Origin: the human T2T-CHM13v2.0 reference genome, Homo sapiens
Length of the DNA stretch: 64,000 nt
Reading direction: 5' to 3' (one strand)
Assembly: GCF_009914755.1 (NCBI RefSeq)
Contig: NC_060925.1
Below the pieces are notes generated by a model. It ran no database searches, was not told the DNA's origin, and worked only from the letters and a program-made list of their open reading frames with translations. The position numbers were made by a program, and so were the translations under genes. The stretch's first letter is position 1, and the number at the start of each line of letters is the position of its first letter. Below are positions 12,885 to 29,211 of the stretch, piece by piece.

Positions 12885-14208
12885 AATTAGCATAATGTTA
12901 AAAAGGCAATTCGGGTAGCAATGAGAGAATCAACTAAAAATGCCTGAGACTACAGACTGCTAAACAATTTTTAAAGTACAACAAAAAAGTTACTGATCAC
13001 CACTGTTATGAAAAGCTGCAGACACAATGAGAGAAAACCGTACCAATCTGCAAGGACATCACTATCTGGTTACAAGAGCCAGATACATAAACTTTTCTAC
13101 TAAAGTTACGGTAATTATTATAAAGCAGAAAAGACATTCAAAGAATAAGCATGTTTGGAAATATCAGAAGTTATATTTGAGCTTGCAGAGAGCTTCTGAG
13201 GGACATCAGCTAAGGTAGTAGTAACAGACATATAAAGAGAATCAATATTCCAGAGGGAACTAGCTTTTACCACTTGGGTCAAGGGAGAAATCAACGATGT
13301 TGAGGTTTCTCTATGGCTGACTGAGTAGATGCTGATATAAAGGAAAAGAATGGGAATGGGGACAGAGGAGCAATGGGTTTTATTTTGACATGCTGATATC
13401 TAAATAGGCATTTGATAACACAGCTTTGCAAGTTCATGAAGGTAGATATGGGAATCATTCATAGAAAGGATATTGTTAAGACTGAGAAAGCAAAGAATAG
13501 TCTAGGAATTCAGTAAAAACTGAAAAGATAAGTGAAGGCAGAATCTTAGGGTACTACTATACATAGGACAGAAAAAAGCAGAACAGGACATTCAGATGGA
13601 ATACTAAGAGATATAAAAAAAGGAAGCAAGACTACAAGAAGTGAAGGGAAAATAAAGTTTCAGAAAGACAGGAACATTTGCTGTACTTAGGAATTAGGTC
13701 ATCTGTTACTTTTCAAAGGTAAGTTGTCATATTTAGGTGGGCTGAAAAGAGAATGTGAAGGTAGAAATAATACACCATTCCTTTAAAAAAATGGATGAGG
13801 TGAGCCAAGGTATTATTGAACCAGAAGGTTTCTGTGCAACATATTAAATAGTGCCTTCAAGAAAAAGGTTTGTCTAAAGAAATTGACTTATATAACTACA
13901 ATTCATATGGAATAGGTACACAAATGAAACACCAAAGAAATAATGAAGCAAGGAACAGGTTATTTTAGGTTATAAAAATTTAATACAGAATACTTGAACA
14001 TGACAATATATGATAAAGTATACAGGAAAATGACAAATAGTGCAACAATAATTAACTCTGAAGAAACATAAAATTTAATTTTCACCTCATAACAAAATAA
14101 AATTTATATGTATTAGTCCAATATAAAATTAAAAAACTAGAAAATATGTGTAAGTGGTTATCTAGTCTCAAGATGAAGAAGAATTTTCTAAGCATAAAAG
14201 AAATGGAA

Positions 14209-17200
14209 GAAATAGACTTTTTGCTTTTCCCCAAGAGGGTGGGTTAGAGGCTTTCTGCAGGCCTCAGCCACTTGGACATAGCAAGATAGCAGATAAAGAT
14301 AAACTCTGTGAGCTTTAATTCAAGAAGGAAAACAGGAATCTACTGGAATCATGAAGTACACTCCAGATCCCAGAGAGGAGAAGGCCAGCAAACAGCCCCA
14401 CTGACGGCATCCAGCTGATAAAAGTTAAGTGAAGCCCCAGTGCATGAGAGAGGCAAGGAGCCTCCCTCTGTGACTCACCCTTCCACTGGGGATCCAAGCA
14501 ACCTAGGCCAAGGGAGAGCACTTTGTTTCTCCCAGTCCTGGAGCTAACTTGGGGAGTGGCCTGGAGTCACTGTGACGGAAAAAGCTGAAGGCATTTTTCC
14601 AGACCCGGGAAAAAGAGCAGGACAATGTTTTAAATTTGGGCACATAAAAACTCAGCCATTCCTTGGTGACCCAGCAGTGTGGCTGCACAGGCATGTCAGT
14701 CTTGGACCAGAGATCAAAACACCTGCTCTGGAATGGGATAGGGGCTTCACAGTCAAAACTGTGGAAAGTACCCCAACAACAGGGCTAGAATTGTGCTTTC
14801 CCCACTTTCAAGCCTGGGGCAGCAGGAGAGCCGCTACAGCTGCAGTTTCTCCTGGGCTGCAAAACTTGCAGTCACGTTCAGCTTGGCAACCTGGAACAGA
14901 TTCGCATGTGCCATTGCCGGGTAACCCACTCTGTTCTCCTGAGATTGTGGTGCAGTAGGGCCCTTGCTGCTCCATCTCCAAGCACATCTCTGGCATCCAG
15001 AGTAACCATTTGCCTAGTTGAGTAGCCTGAGCCACCGCACTCCTCCTGGACATAACGTTATGGTGAAGCAGAGCTCTCTCTGCTCCATACCCAGGAAGAT
15101 CCCTAGGCATTCAGAGCACCTCCTTGCCTGCTTCTGGAGTTTGAGTCACCCCACCCCTCCTATGCAGAGATCTTAGTGCAGGGGGTCTCTGCTCCATGCT
15201 CCAGGCATCTTGAGCACCTACTCTCCTGGACTAGAAGTTTAGACCATCCCCTATCCCTGTGCAGAGAACTTGGGGCTGAGGAGGTTTCCCAGCTACACTA
15301 CTAGGCACATCTCTGGGCCCTTGGTGGCCACCCACTGCATTCTCCCTCGGCACTAGTGCCTGTGTCTGTCATCAGGGGACCTGTAGGTGGACCTGTCAGG
15401 TCTGGCCCTGCCATTCCTGCCCTCTGCCAACCCCCTGACCCTGGGGCTGGGCAGTGAGCTCAGACCATGGTACATTCCATGAATTGGCCATAGCCTGTGG
15501 CAACAAAGAGCTTCTGCCAGTAAACAAGTATCAAGGTATACACTAAGCCATGTTGGCTGCAGTTAGCTCTTACCTCTAAGTGCCATCTACAGGCTTGCAG
15601 GTCAAATGCCACAGCCCAAAATAAAATTGGCCAAAAGCAGCACAGAGGACTAAAGAAACAAAGTCAAAGACCCTACCCAGAATTCTCTATAGTCACATTC
15701 TGAAGGGAGGGGAAGAAAAGGGAAAGGAGAAAAAAATATATAATAACATTATAGGGAAAGAAAAAGAAAGAAAAAATCCTACCCACATGAAAATAATTAC
15801 AGAAGTTACAAGTGTTAGGGTCTCCAGATAAGAAAAAAGCAGCGTAAGAATTCCAGCACTATGAAAAATCTGAATGTAGTGATACCACCAAAGGATCACA
15901 CTAGCTCTACAGAAATGGTCCCTAACCAAAATGGAAACTCAGAAATGACAGATAAAGAATTCAAAGTAGGGATTGCAGTAAGCCCAATGAGATCCAAGAC
16001 AAAGTTGAAAATCAACAAAAAAAAACTTCTAAAGTAATCCAGGAAATGAAGGAAGAAATAAGCATCTTTAAGAGAAATCAATCAGACTTTCTGGAATTGA
16101 AAAAATTCACATAAGGAATTTCAAAATACAACTGAAAGCTTTAACAATAGACCGGCCCAAGCAGAAGAAAGACTTGCAGAGCCTGAAGACCAGTATTTTA
16201 AACTAATCCAGTCAGACAAAAATAAAGAAAAAATAATTTTAAAAAATGAATAAAGTCTTCAAGAAATATGGAATTACAGAAAGTGATAAAACCTACAAAT
16301 TACTGGTATTCCTGAGAGAGAAGAAGAAAAAGTTAACAATGTGGAAAATATATTTGAGGAAATAACTCAAGAAAACTTTGGTAATCTTGTTAGGGAGACA
16401 GATATCCAGATACAAGAAATCCAGAGTACAACTGTGAGATACTATGCAAAATAAACATCACTAAGGATATTATCACCAGACTGTCCAAGGTCAACACTAA
16501 AGAAAAAAAAATCTTAAAGGCAGCTAGAGAAAAAGGGCAGATCAGAGGGAATGTCATCAGGCCAACCGTCAACTTCTCAGCAGAAACCTTACCAGCCAGG
16601 AGAGACTGGGGACCTATTTTTAGCTTTCTCAAAAAAAAAAAAAAAAAAAAAAGAAATTCCAACCAAGAATTTCATAACCTGCCAAACCAAGCTTCATAAG
16701 TGAATAAGAAGTAAAATCTTTTCCAGACAAACAAGCACAAAGGAATTTGTTACAACTAGACCAGCCTTATGAGAGATCCTTAAGGGAATTCTAAATATGG
16801 AAATGAAAGAAAAATAAATGCTACCACAAAAATGCATGTAAGTACATAGCCCACAGACCCTATAAAGCAAAAACACACACTAGAAAGTGTAAGGCAACCA
16901 GCTAATAACTTCATGATAGGATCAAAACATCACATAACAGTATTAGCTTTGAATGTAAATGGTCTAAACACCTCACTTAAAAGGCACAGAGTGGCATGTT
17001 GGATAAAAAAACAAGACTCATCCATCTGGCTTGTCTTCAAGAGACCCATCTTATATATAATGACACCTATAGGCTCAAAGTAAAGGTTTGGAGAAAGAGC
17101 TACCACACTAATGGAAAACAAAAAAGAGCAGGAATCACTATTCTTTCATCTGATAAAACAGACTTCAAACTAACAGCAGTTAAAAAAAAAAAAGACAAAG

Positions 17201-17339
17201 AAGAGTATTACATAATGATAAAGGGCTCAATTCAACAAGAAGACTTAACTATCACATATATATCTTCCATATATATATATCTCTCTCTCTCTCTTCCAGT
17301 ATGTATATATATTCCATATATATATCTCTCTCTTCCATG

Positions 17340-17397
<58 letters not shown>

Positions 17398-20300
17398 TAT
17401 ATCTTCCATATATATATCTCACATATATGTATGCACCCAATATTGGAGAACCCAGAGTCATAAAACAAGTACTACTAGATCTACAAAAAGACATAGACAG
17501 CAACACAATAATAGCGGGGGACTTCAACACCCTACTAGCATGAGTGAGATCATTCAGGCAGAAAAGTCACACATTCTGGACTTAAACTCAACACTTGACC
17601 AACTGAACCTGAAAAACATCTACAGAATACTCTACCCATCAGCCACAGAACATACATTCTTCTCAGGTGCACATGGAACAATACTCCAAGACTGACCACA
17701 TGCTCGTCCTTAAAGTAAGTCTCAAAAAAAAAAAAAAAAGAAAAAGAAGAAGAAAAACAAACAAAAAAACCCTGAAATCATACTAACCATAATCTTGGAC
17801 CACAGTGGAATAAAAACAGAAATCAATACCAAGAAGGTATCTCAAAACCATACAGTTACATGAAAATTAAACAACTTGCTCCTGAATGTCTTCTGGGTAA
17901 ACAACAAAATCAAGGCAGAAATAAAAATAGTATTTGAAATAAATGAAAATAGGTACACAACACACCAAAATTCCAGGGACGCAGCAAAAGCAGTGTTAAG
18001 AGGAAAGTTGAAAGCACTAAATGCCTACCTCAAAACATTAGAAAGATCTCAAATTAATACTCTAACATCACATCTAGAGGAACCAGGAAAACAAGAACAA
18101 ACTAACCCATAAGCTAGCAGAAGAAAAAAAAATAACTAAAATCAGAGCAGAATGGAACGAAATTAAGACCTAAAAATCCACATAATGAAATGATGAAGCC
18201 AAAAGTTGGTTCTTTGAAAGGATAAAGGAGATTGCTAGACTGCTAGTGAGATTAACAAAGGAAAAGAGAGAAGATATAAATAACCACAATTAGAAATGAC
18301 AAAGATTACATTACAACTTATCCCACAGGAATACGAAAGGTCCTCAGAGGCTATGTGTCTATACATACAAACAAGAAAATCTAGAGGAAATGGATAAATT
18401 CCTGGAAACACACAATTTACCAAGACTGAATGAGGAACAAATTGACACACTGTACAGACTAATATCGAGTTCCAAAACTGAGTCAGTAATAAAAAAAACC
18501 TACCAACCAAAAAAGTCCCAAACAAGACGGATTCACAGTTGAATTCTATGTAAGGTACAAGGAAGAGGTGGTATAAATTCTACTGAAACTATTCCAAAAA
18601 AATGATTTTACAAAGCCAGTAACATCCTGATACCAAAACCTGGCAAAGACACAATGAAGAAAGAAAATCACAGGACTATATCCCTGATGAACACAGGTGC
18701 AAAAATCCTCAACAAAATACTAGCAAACTGAATTGAAAAACACATCAAAAAGTTAATTCACCATGATCAAGTAGGCATCATTCCTGGGATGCAAGGGTGG
18801 TTCAACATATACAAATCAATAAATGTGATTCACCACATAAACCAAATTAGCTTTCAATGAAATCCAACATCACTTTATGATAAAAACCCTCAACAAACTA
18901 GGCATCAAAGGAACATACCTGAAAATAATAAGCACCATCTATGACAAACCCACAGCCAACATCATACTGAACAGGCAAAAACTGGAAGCATTCCCCTTGA
19001 GAACTGGAACAAGATATGGATGCCCCCTCTCACCACTCCTAGTCAATATATTACTGGAGAGTGCTAGCCAGAGAAAATCAGGTAAAAGAAAGAAATAAAA
19101 AGGCATCCTAATAGGCAAAGAAAAAGTATAACTATCTCTCTTTACTGATAATGATTCGATACTCAGGAAACCCTAAGGGCTCCACCAAAAGGCTATTAGA
19201 ACTGATAAATGATTTTTGCAAGGTTTCAGGAGAGAAAATCAATGTACAAAAATCAGTAGCATTTCTATATACTGATAACATCCAAGCTGAGAGCCAAATC
19301 ATTTACAATAGCCACACACACAAAAAAATCCAGGAATACATCTAACCAAGAAGGTAAAAGATCATTACAAGGAGAACTACAAGACACCGTTAAAAGAAAT
19401 CATACATGACACAAACAAATGAAAAAACGTTCCATGCTCAGGGACTGGAAGAATCAATATCAGTAAAATAGCCATATTTCCCTGCCCAAAGCAATCTATA
19501 GATTCAAGGCTATACCTACCAAACTACCAACATCATTTTTCACAGAACTGGAAAAAAAAAACTACAAAATTAACAAGAAACCAAAAAAGAGCCAGAATAG
19601 CCAAAGCAATCCTAATCAAAAAGAAGAAAGCTAGAGGTATCAAATTACCTGCCTTCGAACCATACTATAAAGCTACAGCAACCAAAACAGCATGGTACTG
19701 TAAAAAAACAGACACAAAGGCCAATGGAACATAATAGAGAGCCCAGAAATAAAGCCAGCCACCTACAATAATCTAATCTTTGGCAAGGCTGACAAAAATA
19801 AGCAATGGGGAAAGGACTCCTTATTCAATATATGGTGCTTCGACAGCTGGTGAGCCATACGCAGAGGAATGAAACTGGACCCCTATCTTTTACCATATAC
19901 AAAAATTAACTCAATATTGGTTAAAGATTTAAACGTAAAACCTCAAACTATAAGAATCCTAGAAGAAAATCTAAGAAACACCATTCTTGACATTGGCACT
20001 GGAAAAAATTATATGACTAAGTCCTCGATAGCAATTGAACAAAACCAAAAATCGACAAGTGAGACCTAATTACACTAAAGAGAATCTGTACAGCAAAAGA
20101 AACTATCAACAGGGTAAACCTACAGAATGGGATAAAATATTCATAAACTATCTGACAAAGGTCTAATATCCAAAGTGTATAAGAAAGTTAAACAATTGAA
20201 CAAGCTAAACACAAGTAACCCAATAAAAAATGAGCAAATGACATGAACAGACATTTCTCAAAAGAAGACATACAAGCAGCCACCAAATATGAAAAATGCT

Positions 20301-21065
20301 GCACATCACTAATCTTCAGGGAAATGTAAATCAAAACCACAATGAGATATCATCTCATACCAGTCAGAATGGCTGCCATTAAAATGTCAAACAATAATCG
20401 GTCTAATAGTACAATAACATGTTGACAAGGCTGCAGAGAAAAGGGGATGCTTGTAACACTGTTGGTGGGAATGTACATTAATTCAGCCACTATGGAAACC
20501 AATTCTGAGATTTTTCAAAGAACTTAAAATAAAGCTACCATTTGACCCAGCAATCACATTACTGAGTGTGTACCCAAAAGAAAACAAATTGTTCTATAAA
20601 GTAGACACAGGCACTTGCATGTTCATTGCAGAACTATTCACAACAGCAAAGACATGGATAGACCGGATTAAGAAAATGTGGTGTATATATATATATGCCA
20701 TGGAATACTATGCAGTCGTAAAAAGAACAAAATCCGGTCCTTTGCAGCAACATGGATGCAGCTGGAGGCCATTATCCGGAGTGAATTAACACAGGAACAG
20801 AAAACCAAATACTGCTTGCTCTTGCTTATAAGTAGGAGCTAATCAATTGGTACTCATGGACATAAATATGGTAACTATAGAAACTGGAAACTACTAGAGG
20901 AGGGGAGGGGTTAAAAAGGGTGGAAAAATTAACTGTTGGGTACCATGCTCAGTACCTGATCATGGGATCATTTGTATGCCAAACCTCAGCATCATGGCCA
21001 TATACCCAGGTAACAAACCTGCACAAGTACCTTCTTGAATTTAAAATAAAAGTTGAAAAAAATAA
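14209..21065 (+). mobile_element. Near-full-length decayed L1 (about L1PA15-17): 5' UTR, ORF1, ORF2, 3' UTR; antisense to AKT3
   Basis: GC-richer 5' UTR at about 14.2-15.7 kb; ORF1 remnants at about 15.8-16.8 kb; EN motifs (CLQETHL, IYAPN-like, GDFNT); RT motif [11 protein letters not shown]; L1PA16-type 3' end. TSD aaaagaaatggaa at 14196-14208 and 21066-21078. Many stops and frameshifts. Confidence 0.92.
17253..17432. repeat. Compound (TA)n/(CA)n/(TC)n microsatellite inside the L1 endonuclease region
   Basis: Directly visible; contains recurring tcttccatatatatatatct subunits. Confidence 0.9.
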
Positions 21066-21501
21066 AAAAGAAATGGAATAATGAAGGGAAAATCCAGTAG
21101 ATTTAGCCATATAAAGTAGCAAAGATAGAAATAAAATGGAGTATTTATAACATGTGACAAAGCTCATATTCTTAATATAAAAAAAAATTAAAAGACTAAA
21201 ACACAAAAAATTGGGTAAAGGTACAATTAACCTGAGAGGGCTACAAATTATTAATGTATATGAACATAGGCCACCTTGTAATAATCAATGTAACAGAGAC
21301 AAAACTTAAAAAAGGGCAATTTTAAATTTATGAAAAATTAGCATTGTCAGTGAAAGTGAGGTGAGATAAGCATCTTTATACACTGGTGGCTAGTATGTAA
21401 ACAGACAGTCTTTGCAAAACAATCTGGCAATAGATAGCAAGATAATTTTTAAAGTTCGGTAGTTGCTCTCCTAGAAATTTCCTTAAAAAATAAAAATATA
21501 C

Positions 21502-21818
21502 GCTGGGTACAGTGGCTCACGCCTGTAATCCTAGCACTTTGGGAGGCCGAGACTGGCAGATTGCCTGAGCTCAAGAATTCGAAACCAGCCCTGGCAACAC
21601 AGCGAAACCCCGTCCCTACCAAAAACACACAAAAATAGCTGGGCATGGTGGCGGGCGCTGTAATCCCAGCTACTCAGGAGGCTGAGGCACAAGAATTGGT
21701 TGAACCCGGGAGGTGGAGCTTGCAGTAAGCCGAGACTGCACCACTGCACTCCAGCCCAGGTGACAGGGCAAGACTCCGTCTCAAAAATACATACATAAAT
21801 ACATACATACATACATAA
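21502..21818 (+). mobile_element. Alu with (TACA)n tail
   Basis: Alu consensus; flanks share aaaaatata. Confidence 0.93.
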
Positions 21819-22719
21819 AAATATAGAAGCCATCTTCTACACAAGGATATTTTCAGAAGTATATACATTGAGAAAAATGTGAAAACGGCCTTCCAACCAG
21901 GTTGAAGAAAAATTAGATTTTTACCTCACAATATAATACGATAAATTTCAGATTTTTTAGTATTTTAAATTTCAAATTTTTTATATTTTTTAGTTAACTA
22001 CTAGTTAAGAACCAGAATATATGAGTGAAAAGTCAACAGGACTGAACTTACCCAACTGCCCTAAACATTTGATGGGCATATCTAAAACAGAAGATGAAAA
22101 CTGAGCAAATATATAAAAGAACTCTCATTAGATACTGGACAAGAGGAAGTGCATGACGATGGTACCTGTTACAACAGAAACAAATGAGGTGAGCCATATG
22201 ATTATCCACCTTTTGTCTGGGGGCACTTTCTGACACATTATTGAGGAAGAAAAATCACAAACCTAATTCAAGGGTTTCACTGCTGAAAAGATAAACATCA
22301 GATTTTGAGGATGATGAGGTAGATGGCATTTGCAGGACAGAACACTAATGAGGAGGAAGCTATACAGAATCTGCACAGTTGAGTCTGCAGTTGAATACTA
22401 AGCAATGCATGTGTAGGGTTTAACTTTATGAGGACAAGCAGAGAAGGAAAGGAAAGCTGTAAATATGTAGTAGCTCTTAGAGCTCACGCAGAGCTGAGAG
22501 ACATTCAATTTTTAGGCAGTCAGAGAAGAGTCATTACTGAACTCTCAGGCATTCAGTAGATATCTCAAGAGTCAGAGTGAAACCTGAACTTACACGAACA
22601 AAGCTAACATCAATACTGAAATATCAATCATATTTGTAAATACTGCCTTCCAGAATAAAAACTAACACTCTGACAGAAGAAAACAAAATCCAGTAACTCA
22701 CGTAAAACTCAAATTATCT

Positions 22720-24590
<1,871 letters not shown>

Positions 24591-26225
24591 GAAACCCCCA
24601 AGAACAAATGATTTAGCATCCAATCAACGTTTACTAAACATGACAAGATGCAAGAAAATATGACCTATAACCAAGAGAAAAATCAGTCATTAGAAACATA
24701 CCTAAAAATCAGAGATGATGGAATTAATAGATACTGACTTCAAAATAGTACATGAACATAAAGAAGAGATAAAGGGAAACAGAAACAAATGAGACTGTAG
24801 AGATAAAACAAACAACATCTAAAATAAAAAATTCACTAGATGGAATTAACAGATTCGACACTGAAAGAGAAAGGACTTCTGAATGTGAAATCATAGCTAA
24901 AGAATCGATATAAATTACAACTGGGAAAAAAAAGCCTCAGTGACCTGTTGGACAGTATCAATGAATCTAACACATGTGTAATATAAATTACTGAAAGGAG
25001 AAAGACATTTGAAAAAGAATGGCTGAAATTTTCTAAAATTGGATAAATAACTAAATGCACAGATCTACAGTTGCCCAGGAGAAAAGGGAAATGAATAAGG
25101 TGATAGTTATGATTACTCCAGCTGGATACCTAGAAACAATGTCCAGGCTGTAACACAGGGAGAGGAAAACAAAACAAAACAAAAAGAGCCTACGAGGATC
25201 CTTGATTTAATGATACTGAGTTCAGAGACTGGGGAGACCAAGGTATCTAGAATTCATGAGACAGGTAACTAGACAGAAGACAGTACCAAAGACAGAGCTC
25301 GAGAGATCTACAATGGATTGCCTCGGAGTCTCATTGAGCAGCACCTGTATGTGGGGAAAAGCTACGGAAAGAGCCACTGAAAAGGACCAGATGAAACAAT
25401 CACCAGGCTAACAGAAAGGCAAAAATATTTCATGTTCTCACATGGCAAAATAGAAAGATCTCCTAAAAACTATGGCATCTAACAGAGTTTTAAAAAAATA
25501 CTGCCTCAATAGTGCAGCCGTGTTAGTGCTAGAGCAAAGGATATTCCAGACCAGTCTTACTAAGCTTAAAAGCAAGCACTGATAGGATCATACTGTTTAT
25601 ACATAAGAATAATGCCTAAATATATTTTTTAATCCCCAAACTTCCAGCATCTGACAATGTAAAATTCAATGTCTGGCATCCAATAAAAAATTAACGGACA
25701 TAAAAAGAAACAGGAAAATAATAACCTATAATCAGGAGACTAATCAATGAATAGAAACAGACTGAGAAAATGACACATAAGATATAATTACACGAATACC
25801 ATAATAAATTAGCCGTTGAAAATATAAAAAATAGCTGTTGAAAATATAAAAGTTCAAAAGGTAGAGGGAAGCACATAAGATGAAGATGAAAAAAAAAGTC
25901 CCAAATCAAACTTCAAGAGATGAAAATGTCTGAAATAAAAAATATACTAGATGTTACTAGACACTGGAGAAGAAAGTATTAGTAAACTTAAAGACACAGG
26001 GGGAAAAACCCAAAATTAAAGACAGAGAAAAGACTGAAAAAAAGAAGAGAACATTAGTAAACAGTGGGATAACATCAAGATGTCTAACATGTAAATAAGT
26101 AGATTCTCAGGATGGAACAAGAGAAATGAGTAACAAAATACTTACAGAACAATATTCAAAAATTTTCCAAATTGAATGAAAACTATATGCTTATAGATCC
26201 ACAAGGCTTAAAACACCCTAAGCCT

Positions 26226-26628
<403 letters not shown>

Positions 26629-27584
26629 TTAACAGCGACCACAGAAAAAAAGACACATGAAGCACAGAGGAACAAAGCAGACTTCTTGACAGAAACTGTA
26701 TAAGCCAGAAGAAAGTACAGTGACATTTTTATAGTAATGAAATGTAAAAATGGCAAATTAGAATTTCATACATAGCTAAATATCTTTCCAAAAATGAGAG
26801 GAAAATAAAGCCATTATCAGACATGTAGGTTAGAGAACTCACCACCAGAGACACTGAACTAGAAATTGTTCAAGAAAATGTTTCAGAATGAAGGAAAATG
26901 ACACCACATGGAAAACAGGATCTACCCACAGGACAGAAAATATTGGAAATAGTAACTGTGTCAGGGAACAGAAATTAATTTTTCTTCTGTTTTAAATTTC
27001 CTTAAAAGATAATCACTGGTTTAAAACAAAAATAATAATGCATAGTGGCATTTATAACACATACAAATGTAAAATGTATTGTAACAACAGTACAAAGGCT
27101 TGAAGGAGGAAATAAAAGTATACCAGTGAAAGGATCTTAGGATGTATGTGAAATGGTATAATCTAAGCGGAACACAAAATGGGAAAAAAAGTTAAATACG
27201 AGTTTATAGTTAACCGTCATCCCACAATAAAAACTGGAGCTCCCAAAAGTTACTGATGAATTCCACCACCCCTTTAAAGAAGAAATAATTACAATTTTAT
27301 AGAAACACTCCCAGAAAATACGAGAACAGTTGTTAACACGTTGCATGAGGCCAGCATTGCCACAATACAAAACCAGACAGAACTATTACATGAAAAGATG
27401 AGTACAGATCAATATCCCTCAAAATCATAGATGTAAAAACTTAACAAAACTTCTCTAATTCAATTCCAACAACATATAAGGATGATAATACATTATGACT
27501 AAAAGATGGTTAATCTCAAGAATGAAGACTGGCTTAACATTTGAATGTCAATGTAATTTATCAAATGTACAAACTAAAAAGAAA

Positions 27585-27870
27585 GCCGGGCACAGTGTCT
27601 GTAATCCCAGCACTTTGGGAGGCCTAGGTGCGTGGATCACTTGAGGGTAAGAGTTCGAGAGCAATCTAGCTAACATAGTGAAACCCCAACTCTAATAAAA
27701 ATACAAAAATTAGCTGGGTGCAGTGGTGGGCACCTGTAGTCCCAGCTGCTTGGGAGGCTGAGGCAGGAGAATCACTTAAACCTGGGAATAAACCTGGAAG
27801 CTGCAGTGAGCTGAGATCACGCCACTGCACTTCTGCCTAGGCGACAGAGTGAGACTCCGTGTCTAAATAA
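27585..27870 (+). mobile_element. Alu
   Basis: Dimeric Alu consensus. Confidence 0.9.
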
Positions 27871-28786
27871 ACAACCATATGATCACCTCAATGGAGGCAC
27901 AAAAACCTTTAAAGAAAAGTCAATGTCCACTGATGGTAAAATATTCTAGGAATAGGAGAGAACTTAACCTAATAAAAGGTATATATGAAAAACTTATGAC
28001 TAACATCACACTTAATAATAAAAGACTTAATCTTTTCCGAGACAGGGAACAAAAACACAATGTTCGCTACTTTTGTTCAACACTGCACTAGCAGTCACAG
28101 GCAGTGAAAGATGCATAGACAGATAGACAATTAAACAGACAAATATATACATGCCATACAAACAAGAATGGAAGTAAAACTGCTATTATTTACAAAGAGC
28201 AAGACTATCTACATAGACATTTCAAAGAAATTTAGAAAAAGGGTTTCTAGAACTAATAAGTGAGCTTAGGAAGGCCATGGAATACAAGGTTAATATATAA
28301 AAACCAACTATATTCTTATATGCTAACAGCAAACAATTGTAAATGGGAAAAAATTGGAATAGGTAAAGAAAAATTGAAAAATTATACAAACCTATACACT
28401 AAAACTACAGTGTTTCAATAGACATTAGAGAAATCCATAAGCAAACAGAGTGTGTGTCCATGGATTAGAAGACTCAATATTCTTAAATAGATTTATGGAT
28501 TAAATGCAATCATAATCAAAGTTACAGCAGACTTTTTTGTAAAAATTGACATGATAATAAATTTATATGAAAATGCAGAGGACACAGAAGAGTCAAAACA
28601 ATTCTGAAAAAAGAACAAAGTTTTTCTCTATTTCAAAATATACTCCCAAAGCAACAATTATCAAGTTAGCGTGGTACTGATGTAAAGAGAAACTCAAAGA
28701 TCAATTAAACAGAATAAGACAGTGCAGAAACAGACCCATATGTGTGACAAACTGATTTTCAACAGAGGTACCCAAGTCACACAATC

Positions 28787-29050
28787 AGAGACAGGGTCTT
28801 GCTGTGTTGTCCAGTCTGCAATGCAGTGGTATGAACATGGATCACTGCAGCATCAACCTCTTGGGCTCAAGCAATGCTCCCAATTCTGCCTTGCACCACC
28901 AGTCCAGGCTAATTTTTTAAATTTTTTATTTTGTAGAGACAGGGTCCTGCTGTGTTGCCCAGGCTGGTCTCGAACTCCTGGACATAAGTGGTCTTCCTGC
29001 CTCAGCCTCCCAAAGTGCTGGGATTACAGGTATAAGCCCCCATGTCTGAC
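28787..29050 (-). mobile_element. Alu (AluJ-like, degenerate)
   Basis: Reverse Alu with internal deletions. Confidence 0.85.
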
Positions 29051-29211
29051 TAAAGGACAGCCCTTTCAATGAAAGATAGTGAAAGAACAAGATGTCTGTA
29101 GGGGGAAAAAAATGAACCTCAACTCTTAGCTCACAGCATACATAAAAATTAAAATGGATCACAGACCTATACATGTAATAGGTACAACTTAAAAAGTTTT
29201 AGAAGAAAATA

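Noticed and set aside
14209-15200. L1 antisense promoter/ORF0 driving a truncated AKT3 transcript towards the 7231 exon
   Set aside because: The antisense promoter and ORF0 are established for young L1PA 5' UTRs. This is an older, CpG-depleted 5' UTR type with no recognisable ORF0.
16996-17543. Overlapping ORFs rich in YI/TH/CV repeats
   Set aside because: They are translations of a microsatellite within dead L1 ORF2. The same applies to 47090-47430.
25810-25851. 22-nt direct repeat (2 copies); similarly the 33-nt-period repeat at 63735-63785
   Set aside because: These are simple local tandem duplications inside old repeats. Two copies with no spacer series is not CRISPR-like.
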